Shown here in pieces: positions 27,126 through 34,591 of a DNA stretch of 42,713 nucleotides. Both the position numbers and the translations under genes were made by a program. The stretch comes from a virus (taxonomy: Duplodnaviria > Caudoviricetes). The stretch covers positions 1 to 42,713 of IMG/VR virus record IMGVR_UViG_3300017700_000502; one strand, written 5' to 3'. Positions within the stretch are counted from its first letter, which is position 1. Every line of letters begins with the position of its first letter. Under the pieces are notes generated by a model, which was given only the letters and a program-made list of their open reading frames with translations, was not told the origin of the DNA and ran no database searches.

Positions 27126-27553
27126 GCAAGAAGCCGTTGATACTCGACGCTATTCATGCCGGGCGGACCAAGGAAGATATCGCCGCCGAACTCGGCGTGA
27201 CCGAGGGGTACGTTCGCCTTGTCGCGTGGGAAAACGGCATGAAAGCCCACTCGCGCCGGAAGGAACGAACCGCAGCACTTAAGCAGGCAATCCGAGCCGG
27301 ATACGCCGCCAATAAGCCTCCGAAGGATATTGGGGAGGCATTCGGCGTCTCTGCGATTGAGGTGAGGGTTTACGCCTGCAAGATGGGCCTAACCGAGGGG
27401 CGCCGCGACACCGGCATCCACCGTCGTGGCTACATCGTCCCGGTTGGCCTGATGCCCCGGTACAAAGAGCTTCGGCGGCTCGGCCTGACATTCGCAGAAT
27501 GCGGATACGAGCTAGGCCTGCTTGAGCGGCCCTCCAAGAGGCTCGCAGCATGA
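27122..27553 (+). CDS. Tandem HTH protein
   Basis: TKEDIAAELGVTEGYVR and PKDIGEAFGVSAIEVR. Confidence 0.75.
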   Translation: MSKKPLILDAIHAGRTKEDIAAELGVTEGYVRLVAWENGMKAHSRRKERTAALKQAIRAGYAANKPPKDIGEAFGVSAIEVRVYACKMGLTEGRRDTGIHRRGYIVPVGLMPRYKELRRLGLTFAECGYELGLLERPSKRLAA

Positions 27554-27687
27554 CCCGCGACCCCCGCTGGCCCTTCCCATACGGCCTACTGCTCGCAGCC
27601 TTTGTGAGCGCTGTTCTGTGGCTCTGCATCATCTCTGCCGGTGCCTGGGCTCTGTCTCTGGCCATGAACATCATGGGGGCGAAATGA
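27550..27687 (+). CDS. Small membrane protein (45 aa), not in ORF track
   Basis: MTRDPRWPFPYGLLLAAFVSAVLWLCII..; ATGA overlaps at both ends. Confidence 0.6.
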   Translation: MTRDPRWPFPYGLLLAAFVSAVLWLCIISAGAWALSLAMNIMGAK

Positions 27688-27974
27688 GCGACACCGACAG
27701 CGACAGCGTGGCTCAGGACCAAATCCGCGCCTTCGTCAACCGCATCCTGCGGCTGAAGGAAGAGGCTGCGAACATCAAGGGCGACATCCGCGAAGTCTAT
27801 GCGGAGGCCAAGGGCAATGGGTTCGACAAGACCGTCCTCGGCAAGGTCGTCGGCTACGTTGAGAAGCGCGCCAAGGGTGCGAACGACCTGCTCGAGGCTG
27901 AAGCCCTCTTTGACCTCTACCTCAGCGCTTACGACGGCGCCTCTCACACGCATGCACGTGAGGGCGACGAATGA
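27684..27974 (+). CDS. gapR: GapR/DUF2312-family DNA-binding protein
   Basis: AQDQIRAFVNRILRLKEE..I..DIREVYAEAKGNGFD..L..EAL..LY. Confidence 0.88.
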   Translation: MSDTDSDSVAQDQIRAFVNRILRLKEEAANIKGDIREVYAEAKGNGFDKTVLGKVVGYVEKRAKGANDLLEAEALFDLYLSAYDGASHTHAREGDE

Positions 27975-27988
27975 ACCAACACCAGTTT

Positions 27989-28173
27989 GCTCCTGCGGTC
28001 CCCTCCCTGCAGTCGAGCGATAGGCGTCCGGGCGGTTCCTCCCCCGGCCCGGACGCCACCCTCATTATCAACGACCAGATGGCAGTACGCAGCCGGGGAT
28101 GGGGCGTCCCTCGTCGTCATCGCTGCGTACTCCCACCTGCTCGTTGGCAGGGCCGCATCCATGTGGGTGCGGT
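27989..28173 (+). ncRNA. Putative structured RNA: tandem hairpins with C/U-rich anti-SD loops (cuckoo-like)
   Basis: Five consecutive hairpins; loops TCCCCTCC, TTCCTCCC, TCCCT. Confidence 0.5.
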
Positions 28174-28235
28174 TGGCGAAGTCATGTTTGGATGTTCCAG
28201 GCTCCTTCGTCTGTTGACTGACCTCCCTGAAACTA

Positions 28236-28261
28236 GCCGGGGCGTCGGCCTCGGCGCTTTT
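28236..28261 (+). terminator. Possible tR-like terminator
   Basis: GCCGGGGC-GTCG-GCCTCGGC followed by GCTTTT. Confidence 0.45.
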
Positions 28262-28412
28262 AGCCAATTTGCAGGCATCGGAGAGCGTTCCACCGCCCTC
28301 CACGCCACCGAGCATTCCAGCCTCAAGAGCCATTTCAAGCGCGTCTCCGAGGCTAATCCAGGCCATTTCCAAGTCTCCCGTCTGAACGCCCCAAACTTAG
28401 ATCGAGGCGGAC

Positions 28413-28817
28413 ATGACGAAATCCACGAAACCCCTACATTTGGTGCAACCCATGACCGTTGAGGCAGCATCCGACTATGCCTCACGCTTGCTAGAATTTG
28501 AGCAGCGTGGTTCCGACACAGAGAGCGCGCTTTCCCGTTTGGAGAAGCGCTACGGGTTCAGCCCGAACCAGATCATTCACCTCCGCTCCGGTCGCGCCAA
28601 GTCGTGCGACGTTGGCTTGTTCGCCCGGCTCAGAGACGCTTACCTTGACCTGTGCGAGCGGCAGGTCGCGAAGCTCCAGCACGAAATCGCAATCACAAAG
28701 GCCACTAGCGATGACACTATTGAGGATCTTGTGGCTGAGGCTGATGCACTCGCTGCAAAGATTCAGGCGAAAAAAGCGGGGCTGAGACTCGCTGCCTCCA
28801 ACGGGAGGCGCAGATGA
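28413..28817 (+). CDS. CII-position regulator-like protein
   Basis: GAGG RBS; HTH-like N-terminus and coiled-coil C-terminus; position downstream of cro. Confidence 0.65.
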   Translation: MTKSTKPLHLVQPMTVEAASDYASRLLEFEQRGSDTESALSRLEKRYGFSPNQIIHLRSGRAKSCDVGLFARLRDAYLDLCERQVAKLQHEIAITKATSDDTIEDLVAEADALAAKIQAKKAGLRLAASNGRRR

Positions 28818-29386
28818 GCCGCTGGCGGAGGACGGCTGACGTAGCGCCGACGCTCATTGAGAAGCACTACCTTGGCCCGATCAAGCGCGGCGATGGCTGG
28901 GCTAATGAGCATGGCGTCATATGCATTGCTAAGCCGACCTCCCGCCGCCTCCCTCTGACTTGGCTGGAACTCACCCGCTGGTGCATCACCAGCGACGAAA
29001 AGAACGCCGGCAGCCGCATGTGGTCCGCCTTCGCGCGTGACCTTCGCGAGCGCTTCCCGGCCGTCACCACCATCGTCAGCTATTCCGACCCATCTGTTGG
29101 GCACACAGGGGCACTCTACCGAGCCTGCAACTGGTGGTGGGCTCCGACATGGCACCGCCTTCGCCCGCCTCCCAGCGGCAACGGCAATTGGGCTAGTGGG
29201 CAACAGTCCGTCAAGGACCGGTGGGTGTTCGCGCTGAAGCGTGACGCTGCCCGACCTGCCTTGCTCGTAGCGCGCGATAGCGCCGTCCTGAAGGCAAAGC
29301 CTTGGGCCGAGTATCGTGAGCCTGGTGGGGCCGACTTTGCCAGCTTCCGCGCAACTCAAGCGCCTGAGCTTCGGAGGGCAGCGTGA
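28814..29386 (+). CDS. Mom-family (GNAT) DNA adenine modification enzyme
   Basis: KHYL..LELTRW..KNAGS..IVSYSDPSVGHTGALYRACNW matches the Mom/XF1762 pattern HYL..EL.R..N.ES..SYAD..GH.G.IY.A.NW. Confidence 0.8.
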   Translation: MSRWRRTADVAPTLIEKHYLGPIKRGDGWANEHGVICIAKPTSRRLPLTWLELTRWCITSDEKNAGSRMWSAFARDLRERFPAVTTIVSYSDPSVGHTGALYRACNWWWAPTWHRLRPPPSGNGNWASGQQSVKDRWVFALKRDAARPALLVARDSAVLKAKPWAEYREPGGADFASFRATQAPELRRAA

Positions 29387-29589
29387 CATTCGAAATCATC
29401 GAGGCGGCAACCCGCGTTGCCTACAACGCTCTGCACCACCCCGGCGCATGGGACAACCCCGGGACGCTTCCCGACGAGATTGATCGGGACGGGTGGCGCA
29501 GCGCCATTTCCAAGGCGATGGACGCGGTTCAGTTCGAGCTGGGCTGCACGGTTCGGCGTCCAGCCCCATCCCCTGACGGCAACGACTGA
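29383..29589 (+). CDS. Hypothetical protein
   Basis: GTGA-coupled, GGAGG RBS. Confidence 0.65.
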   Translation: MTFEIIEAATRVAYNALHHPGAWDNPGTLPDEIDRDGWRSAISKAMDAVQFELGCTVRRPAPSPDGND

Positions 29590-29608
29590 AACAAGAGGAA
29601 GAGAGAAG

Positions 29609-29968
29609 ATGGCGAGGGAGTTCTACATTGTAAGCGTCGTCCACACCGAACGGCGTCATTCGTACGTGACGTTCTGGCGGCCGAAAAACTCGGGCTACTG
29701 CTGGCCCCTGTCGTGGGCAGGCCGCTATGACGAAGCCACTGTTCGGGGTGCGCTCAGCTACTACAACGACGGCGAAAACAACATCGCCGTAGATGCTGCA
29801 ACCGTTGACAACCTAGCACAAAAGCCGGCCACGGGGAAGATTGACGGCGATGCCGGCCCCGTTGTGGCGAACAACGCCGCGACGTGGCGCGTGCTGCTGC
29901 AGTCGATGATTGAGCCGCCGGTTTCCGAGGTTTCTCCGCAGTATCGCGGAAGCCGGAGGGCAGCATGA
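29609..29968 (+). CDS. Conserved phage hypothetical protein
   Basis: TFWRP..SGYCWPLSWAGRY motif; purine-rich RBS. Confidence 0.7.
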   Translation: MAREFYIVSVVHTERRHSYVTFWRPKNSGYCWPLSWAGRYDEATVRGALSYYNDGENNIAVDAATVDNLAQKPATGKIDGDAGPVVANNAATWRVLLQSMIEPPVSEVSPQYRGSRRAA

Positions 29969-30216
29969 ACTTCCCGTTCTTTCGCCTCAAGCCTGATCAG
30001 ATCGATGTGATCGCCGGCCTTCGCGACCAGATCATCGAACTCGGCACGCATGTCCGGTTCCTAGAGGCCGACAAGCCAGTTCCCCAGCCAAGGGATGACG
30101 CCGGCCGCTACGTCAGCAAGGTTGAGATCACCCGCCAGCGTCTCGCTCGGTGCGTCTCTCGCCTTACCCCTGAAGAAGCTCAATCCGCCCGTATGCGGGG
30201 AGGGAGGCGCGCATGA
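29965..30216 (+). CDS. Hypothetical protein
   Basis: ATGA-coupled; PRDDAGRY motif. Confidence 0.65.
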   Translation: MNFPFFRLKPDQIDVIAGLRDQIIELGTHVRFLEADKPVPQPRDDAGRYVSKVEITRQRLARCVSRLTPEEAQSARMRGGRRA

Positions 30217-30683
30217 CCGACACTCTCGACATGTTCGCCGCGGCTGGCGAAACGCTGAACGAAATGGCCAACGGCCCGCACATTGGTGGCCACGCCGGCA
30301 TCACCGAGGCCCTGATGCGCCGGCTCTGCGAAAAGGGCTTGCCGCTCGCCCATCTCGCCGACCGCCGGATGATGAAGCGGTCGCTGTCTACGCTCCAGGC
30401 TCACGCCCGCGAATATGGGCTGGCGTTCCCTGACTACGTCCCGATGGAACTGCGCAAGCGGATCGCCCTGATCCAGATGGGGGACTTCTTCGAGGTCATC
30501 GGCGAAGACGCTCCGAAGGTAGCAGAAACGCTCGGCATTGTCGTCACCAAACGCGATGGCAAGCCCATGTGCGGCGTGCCGGCTCACGTCCTAGATGACT
30601 ACGTGGAGAAGCTAAAGGCGGCCTTCTACGTGGTCAAAATCGTCCGCGCGAAGAAGAAGCGCAAGGCGGCCGCCCATGCGTAA
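30213..30683 (+). CDS. Small protein containing a stand-alone MutS domain I (mismatch-recognition)
   Basis: IALIQMGDFFEVIGEDAPKVAETLGIVVTKR..PMCGVPAHVLDDYVEKL..Y.V.IV aligns by eye with MutS LLFYRMGDFYELF.DDA..A..L.I.LTKR..PMAGIPYH..YL.KL...G..V.I. Confidence 0.85.
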   Translation: MTDTLDMFAAAGETLNEMANGPHIGGHAGITEALMRRLCEKGLPLAHLADRRMMKRSLSTLQAHAREYGLAFPDYVPMELRKRIALIQMGDFFEVIGEDAPKVAETLGIVVTKRDGKPMCGVPAHVLDDYVEKLKAAFYVVKIVRAKKKRKAAAHA

Positions 30684-30885
30684 CGCCATCACAACCAAGG
30701 ACGTGCTGTACGCCCTCCAATACCTCAACGACCGGCTCGTGATGCATCCGGGCGGCAAGTGGCGCCTGCAATCAGGCCATCCAGTGCCGCCACGTGTTGC
30801 TGACGAGGCAAAGTCTCACGGCGGCGTCATCGGCATCCCAGATCATAGCGGGCTGGCTGTCTACGGCTGGGCTCGCGCCGCCTAA
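30676..30885 (+). CDS. Hypothetical protein
   Basis: Overlapping coupled ORF. Confidence 0.65.
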   Translation: MRNAITTKDVLYALQYLNDRLVMHPGGKWRLQSGHPVPPRVADEAKSHGGVIGIPDHSGLAVYGWARAA

Positions 30886-30900
30886 CCCCAGGAGCAGGAT

Positions 30901-31209
30901 ATGACACAACCCCCCAAGCTAGATCGCAAGGCGGTCGCCGAAAACCTGACGCCTCGCACGTCGATGACGCCTGAACTCTACAACGAGGCATGCCGGCTGA
31001 TGTCGCTCGGCTACTCGCCGCGGCACGCTGCCTACATCGTCAACATCCAGGTTTCGCAGCTCGCCTGTTTCATCACAGGGCAGGGCGACGCGGACGGGAT
31101 TGAAACCCTCGAGCTCGAATGCCGGATCACCCGCAACAAGCGGATCAAGGCGAACATCGAAGCCTATCCGAGCATGCGCCTGTGGCCTGAGCAAGAGGTG
31201 GCAGCGTGA
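30901..31209 (+). CDS. Hypothetical HTH-like protein
   Basis: AGGAG RBS; LMSLGYSPRHAAYIVNI. Confidence 0.65.
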   Translation: MTQPPKLDRKAVAENLTPRTSMTPELYNEACRLMSLGYSPRHAAYIVNIQVSQLACFITGQGDADGIETLELECRITRNKRIKANIEAYPSMRLWPEQEVAA

Positions 31210-32054
31210 GCGTCGATTTCCTGCCGAACACTGCCAGCGAGACACAGCGGGCTCTGGCCAAGGCGCACATGGAGCGTCGGGCTAGGCTGTATAACGCGCC
31301 TGCGCCGGCTGTGGTTGCCGTAGCTCAACCGCCGCGCAAGCTGGTTGTCGTCGCGCCAGTCTCGCCTCCGCCTCCTGTGGTGGCGCCTGTGGGTGTTGTT
31401 TCAGCGCCGCCGCCGGCCGCGCCTGTCGCGCCAGATGCTGGCAACTGGACTGGTGACGAAGTCACTCAGCTCGACGTGCTCTGGAACGTGGAAGGCAAGA
31501 CCGCCAGCGAGTGCGCCAAGGTACTCGGCAAGACGCGGAATGCCGTCATCGGCAAAGTCCACCGTCTAAAATTCAGCAAGCGCATGACCAAGAAACAGAA
31601 GTCGGTCGGCTGGTCGGCAGCAGCTCGCGAAGCGGCGCGTGACAGGCGAGCTGCAGTGATGAAGGCCAAGCGAGCCGCCGACGATCTCCCGAGGATGGTG
31701 TTCCGAAACAACGGCACCGCCGTCAAGGTCGCGCCGCCAATCGGCGCAAGCGACAAAGACCTGGTGGCTCAATGGCTGGCCAGAAACGGCGGCCCTCGAA
31801 AATTCGAAAGCGGGGCTACTGGCGATCCCGGCATGATCGCCTTGTGGCTGCGGTCTCGAGGATTTCAGACGAGTTACAAACAAGGGGCCGGCGGTGGCGT
31901 GGTCAAGGTCATCTACCCCGATGGCAGGCGGGCAGCGCTGACGCTCAAGAAGCTCACCGACCTAGCGGACTCAATACGGGTTCTGGAGGGGCTGACCCCG
32001 CTGGGGCAGCAGAACGCCACACTGGTTAAGGAAGGGTTAATGCAGGCCGCCTAG
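31206..32054 (+). CDS. gcrA: GcrA-family N-terminal-domain protein
   Basis: NWTGDEVTQLDVLW..GKTASECAKVLG.TRNAVIGKVHRL; canonical C-terminal CRWP/KWP domain not seen. Confidence 0.8.
   Translation: MSVDFLPNTASETQRALAKAHMERRARLYNAPAPAVVAVAQPPRKLVVVAPVSPPPPVVAPVGVVSAPPPAAPVAPDAGNWTGDEVTQLDVLWNVEGKTASECAKVLGKTRNAVIGKVHRLKFSKRMTKKQKSVGWSAAAREAARDRRAAVMKAKRAADDLPRMVFRNNGTAVKVAPPIGASDKDLVAQWLARNGGPRKFESGATGDPGMIALWLRSRGFQTSYKQGAGGGVVKVIYPDGRRAALTLKKLTDLADSIRVLEGLTPLGQQNATLVKEGLMQAA
32026..32040. promoter_or_regulatory. CtrA-binding box
   Basis: TTAA-GGAAGGG-TTAA = TTAA-N7-TTAA. Confidence 0.65.
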
Positions 32055-32055
32055 G

Positions 32056-32179
32056 TTATCCACAGTTTGAACAGTTATCACAGGGCAATCCACAGATATG
32101 GCCTTGCGAGCGTTGAGTTCCTAAGCGTTCCGCCGCGAACAGCGGTAATATCTGACCATCAGATTTGGGCTTATCCACA
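32056..32179 (+). promoter_or_regulatory. DnaA-box cluster upstream of replication initiator
   Basis: Perfect TTATCCACA at 32056 and 32171; degenerate TTATCACAG 32075 and CAATCCACA 32086. Confidence 0.8.
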
Positions 32180-32181
32180 GC

Positions 32182-32811
32182 ATGATCGACCTGAAGGCAA
32201 CCATAGACGAAATGCGCCAACGCGGGCTTGATGACTCGACAATTGTCGATGCGCTCGCCTGCGTTCGCGAGGTCGCCGCGGTTGTTGTCCCGGCTCGGTC
32301 GGCAGCCGCAGAGCGTCAGCAGCGTTACAGGGAGCGTAACAAAGCGTCACAAATCGTCACAAGTGACGCTTCGCCTTCCCTTCCAAGCAAAGAAGGTCCC
32401 CAGACCCCTAAAGAAACTCAACCAACCCTACCCACCACCCACAAAGAAAAGACCCCTAAAGGGGTCCAAAAGAAAGCCTCCCGCCTCCCAGCGGATTGGG
32501 TTCTGCCGGAAGGCTGGGGCAGGGATGCCGTCGAAGCTGGTTTGCCTGCGAACCGTATCGACCTGGAGGCGTCGAAGATGCGGGATTGGTCCCTGTCGTC
32601 GCCGAACGGGGCAAAGACCGACTGGCATGCCGCATGGCGGAACTGGTGCCGGGAGGCTGCAGCGCGAATGCCCCAGGCTCGGGGGTCACCGCCCCGAGCC
32701 CTCGACAGCCTGATCGACACCCTGTCAACCAGCATGGACTTCGCAGATGAGCACTCCCCAGCAAACTTTGAAGGATATCAAACGGCTCCTCGCCTCATTT
32801 CCGCCCGTTAA
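32182..32811 (+). CDS. Phage replication initiator (lambda O-like architecture)
   Basis: AERQQRYRER then low-complexity linker; RLPADW..DWHAAWRNW C-terminal domain. Confidence 0.8.
   Translation: MIDLKATIDEMRQRGLDDSTIVDALACVREVAAVVVPARSAAAERQQRYRERNKASQIVTSDASPSLPSKEGPQTPKETQPTLPTTHKEKTPKGVQKKASRLPADWVLPEGWGRDAVEAGLPANRIDLEASKMRDWSLSSPNGAKTDWHAAWRNWCREAAARMPQARGSPPRALDSLIDTLSTSMDFADEHSPANFEGYQTAPRLISAR
32323..32476 (+). repeat. Putative iterons / origin within rep
   Basis: CGTNACA at 32323, 32335, 32345, 32355, inverted GTGACG at 32363, then A/C-skewed tract and GACCCCTAAAGGGGTC palindrome. Confidence 0.55.
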
Positions 32812-33292
32812 CGGCGACCCGGCACTGGTGCTGCACAACTACCTCACGGCGGTCTCTGGCTTCGCCACGGACTTCCTAACCGATGGGGTAGATCTGATAA
32901 TCCGCGGCGAGCTGCCCGGCCATGATGGGCGCTTCGCCCCGACGCCGCCGATGCTGGCGACAGCGTGTCGACTAGCGGCTGAGAAGAACGCTCGCCAGCG
33001 CTACCTTGCCGGCCTCGGTGCGCCGCAGCTTATGGCGCCGACCATCGAAAAGACCGACGAGCAGCGCCAGCGCGTTCGGGAGAAGGCTAAGTACGCAGCG
33101 CAGACCATCGGCGCGGTGAACCTGGACACGACAGAAGCAGAGATGGCCGCCAGCAAGGAACGCTGGGCTCGTGTCAATGCCCACTTTGACCCCCCGCAGG
33201 ATGCCGACAGTCTGACCGACCGGCTCAGCCTCAAACGTGACCGCCGGGGCTTCGACATCGGAAGCCCGGAGTCGGAGGAGAACGCAGCTTGA
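32747..33292 (+). CDS. Putative helicase loader / replication protein (P position)
   Basis: Follows rep; L..FP..Y..AV..F..G..RFAPTPP.L motif. Confidence 0.55.
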   Translation: MSTPQQTLKDIKRLLASFPPVNGDPALVLHNYLTAVSGFATDFLTDGVDLIIRGELPGHDGRFAPTPPMLATACRLAAEKNARQRYLAGLGAPQLMAPTIEKTDEQRQRVREKAKYAAQTIGAVNLDTTEAEMAASKERWARVNAHFDPPQDADSLTDRLSLKRDRRGFDIGSPESEENAA

Positions 33293-33359
33293 CCCACCTT
33301 AGCCAATCCAGCCGGGGCTACGACATAGGGGCGCCGGAAGCAGCAGAGGAAAACGCAGC

Positions 33360-33746
33360 ATGAGCGAAATCCCCATCTTCGTATTCGGAAGCAATCTGGC
33401 GGGCCGTCATGGCGCTGGCGCAGCTCTGTGGGCTCGTGAGAATCGTGGTGCTCGGTATGGCATAGGTGTTGGGCACCAAGGCGACAGCTACGCTATTCCG
33501 ACTAAGGACGAGCGGCTGAAAACGCTGCCGCTGCATCGTATCGGGCCATACGTAACGGGGTTCCTCGTCTACGCCGAGAAACATCCTGAGCTCCGATTTG
33601 AGCTTACTCCAATCGGCTGCGGCCTCGCTGGCTACAGGCCGTGGCAGATAGCGCCGATGTTCGCTGGAGCGCCGGCCAACGTCGTGCTGCCGAAAGAGTT
33701 CGCGTCAGTCCTGTCTCCCCAACCCTTATCGGAAGAGGTGAAGTAA
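33360..33746 (+). CDS. A1S_2505-like macro-fold phage protein
   Basis: IFVFGSNLAGRHGAGAA..SYAIPTK..F.LTPIGCGLAGY..IAPMF. Confidence 0.75.
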   Translation: MSEIPIFVFGSNLAGRHGAGAALWARENRGARYGIGVGHQGDSYAIPTKDERLKTLPLHRIGPYVTGFLVYAEKHPELRFELTPIGCGLAGYRPWQIAPMFAGAPANVVLPKEFASVLSPQPLSEEVK

Positions 33747-34102
33747 TGACCGATAGCGCTTTTGAAGCCTGGTACAGCGAACGTGAGGGTTTCTCACTTC
33801 GCGCTGAACGACTGACGGGGCCGAAGGATGAACTACAGGCGGCGTTCGAGGCGGGCGTAGCTGCTGCCATGGAGGCGGCGAAGCAACCTATTGAAACCGC
33901 CCCGAGGGATGGGACTCGGGTACTCGTCTGGCGTCGAACGGGAATGACGAGGCCAGTCAGCGAGAACCCGGTAGTCGCGCGGTGGCGGGGAAAATATTGG
34001 TCGTGGCTAGGGGGCGGAAGCGCACAGGACAAAAACTTGCTGTACTGGCACCCGCTCCCCGAAGCCATCTCCCCCTCCCTCAAGGAACAGGAACGGACAT
34101 GA
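33746..34102 (+). CDS. DUF551-like protein
   Basis: QPIETAPRDGTRVLVW..YWHPLPE. Confidence 0.7.
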   Translation: MTDSAFEAWYSEREGFSLRAERLTGPKDELQAAFEAGVAAAMEAAKQPIETAPRDGTRVLVWRRTGMTRPVSENPVVARWRGKYWSWLGGGSAQDKNLLYWHPLPEAISPSLKEQERT

Positions 34103-34314
34103 GCGATTGGGCCAATGAACTAGACCGAGAGCGCTTCCATAACGCAGTGCTTTTCTGCGCGCTCTTCACGCTTGTCGATGCCATCGAGCAAAACAGCGGC
34201 GCCGAACCGTCTAAAAGCGCCTACGACATGGCGCTCGATGCGGCGAAGGAAGTGTGCTGCTACGGACGATCCGCCCCCTCCACCCCCGATACCTTGGGAG
34301 AAACGAAGCCATGA
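34099..34314 (+). CDS. Hypothetical protein
   Basis: ATGA-coupled on both sides. Confidence 0.65.
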   Translation: MSDWANELDRERFHNAVLFCALFTLVDAIEQNSGAEPSKSAYDMALDAAKEVCCYGRSAPSTPDTLGETKP

Positions 34315-34547
34315 GCGACCTGATCAGAAACTATCTGCCGTGGGTGATGTCGGCGGTGACAATTTACACCATGTTCGCAGCCGGCGAGCTGAAGAAGCAT
34401 ACTTGGCTCGTGGGCCTGTGCAACCAAGTTCTGTGGGCCACATGGATCATCACGACGGCGTCGTGGGGCCTGTTGCCGATGACGTTGGCCATCACCTTCG
34501 TCTATGCGCGAAACCATTTCAAGTGGGCAAAGAAGGCAACCCCCTAA
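34311..34547 (+). CDS. 3-TM membrane protein, half-size PnuC/SemiSWEET-like
   Basis: S..TI...AG..KK..W.VGL.NQ.LW......GL......Y..N..KW three-helix pattern. Confidence 0.55.
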   Translation: MSDLIRNYLPWVMSAVTIYTMFAAGELKKHTWLVGLCNQVLWATWIITTASWGLLPMTLAITFVYARNHFKWAKKATP

Positions 34548-34591
34548 CCCATTAACCCAGCATACCACCTTCCAACTACGGGGCATCCACA

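Noticed and set aside
27944-28462. ORFs 27971..28462 (+) and 27944..28372 (-) as proteins
   Set aside because: No motifs, atypical composition, and the region is better explained by RNA hairpins; the minus ORF cannot be fully excluded
30213-30683. mutS pseudogene fragment captured from the host
   Set aside because: No remains of other MutS domains nearby; intact RBS, coupling and distinct N- and C-terminal extensions argue for a functional small gene
32117-32130. Alphaproteobacterial LexA box
   Set aside because: GTTC-N6-GTTC spacing, whereas the consensus is N7
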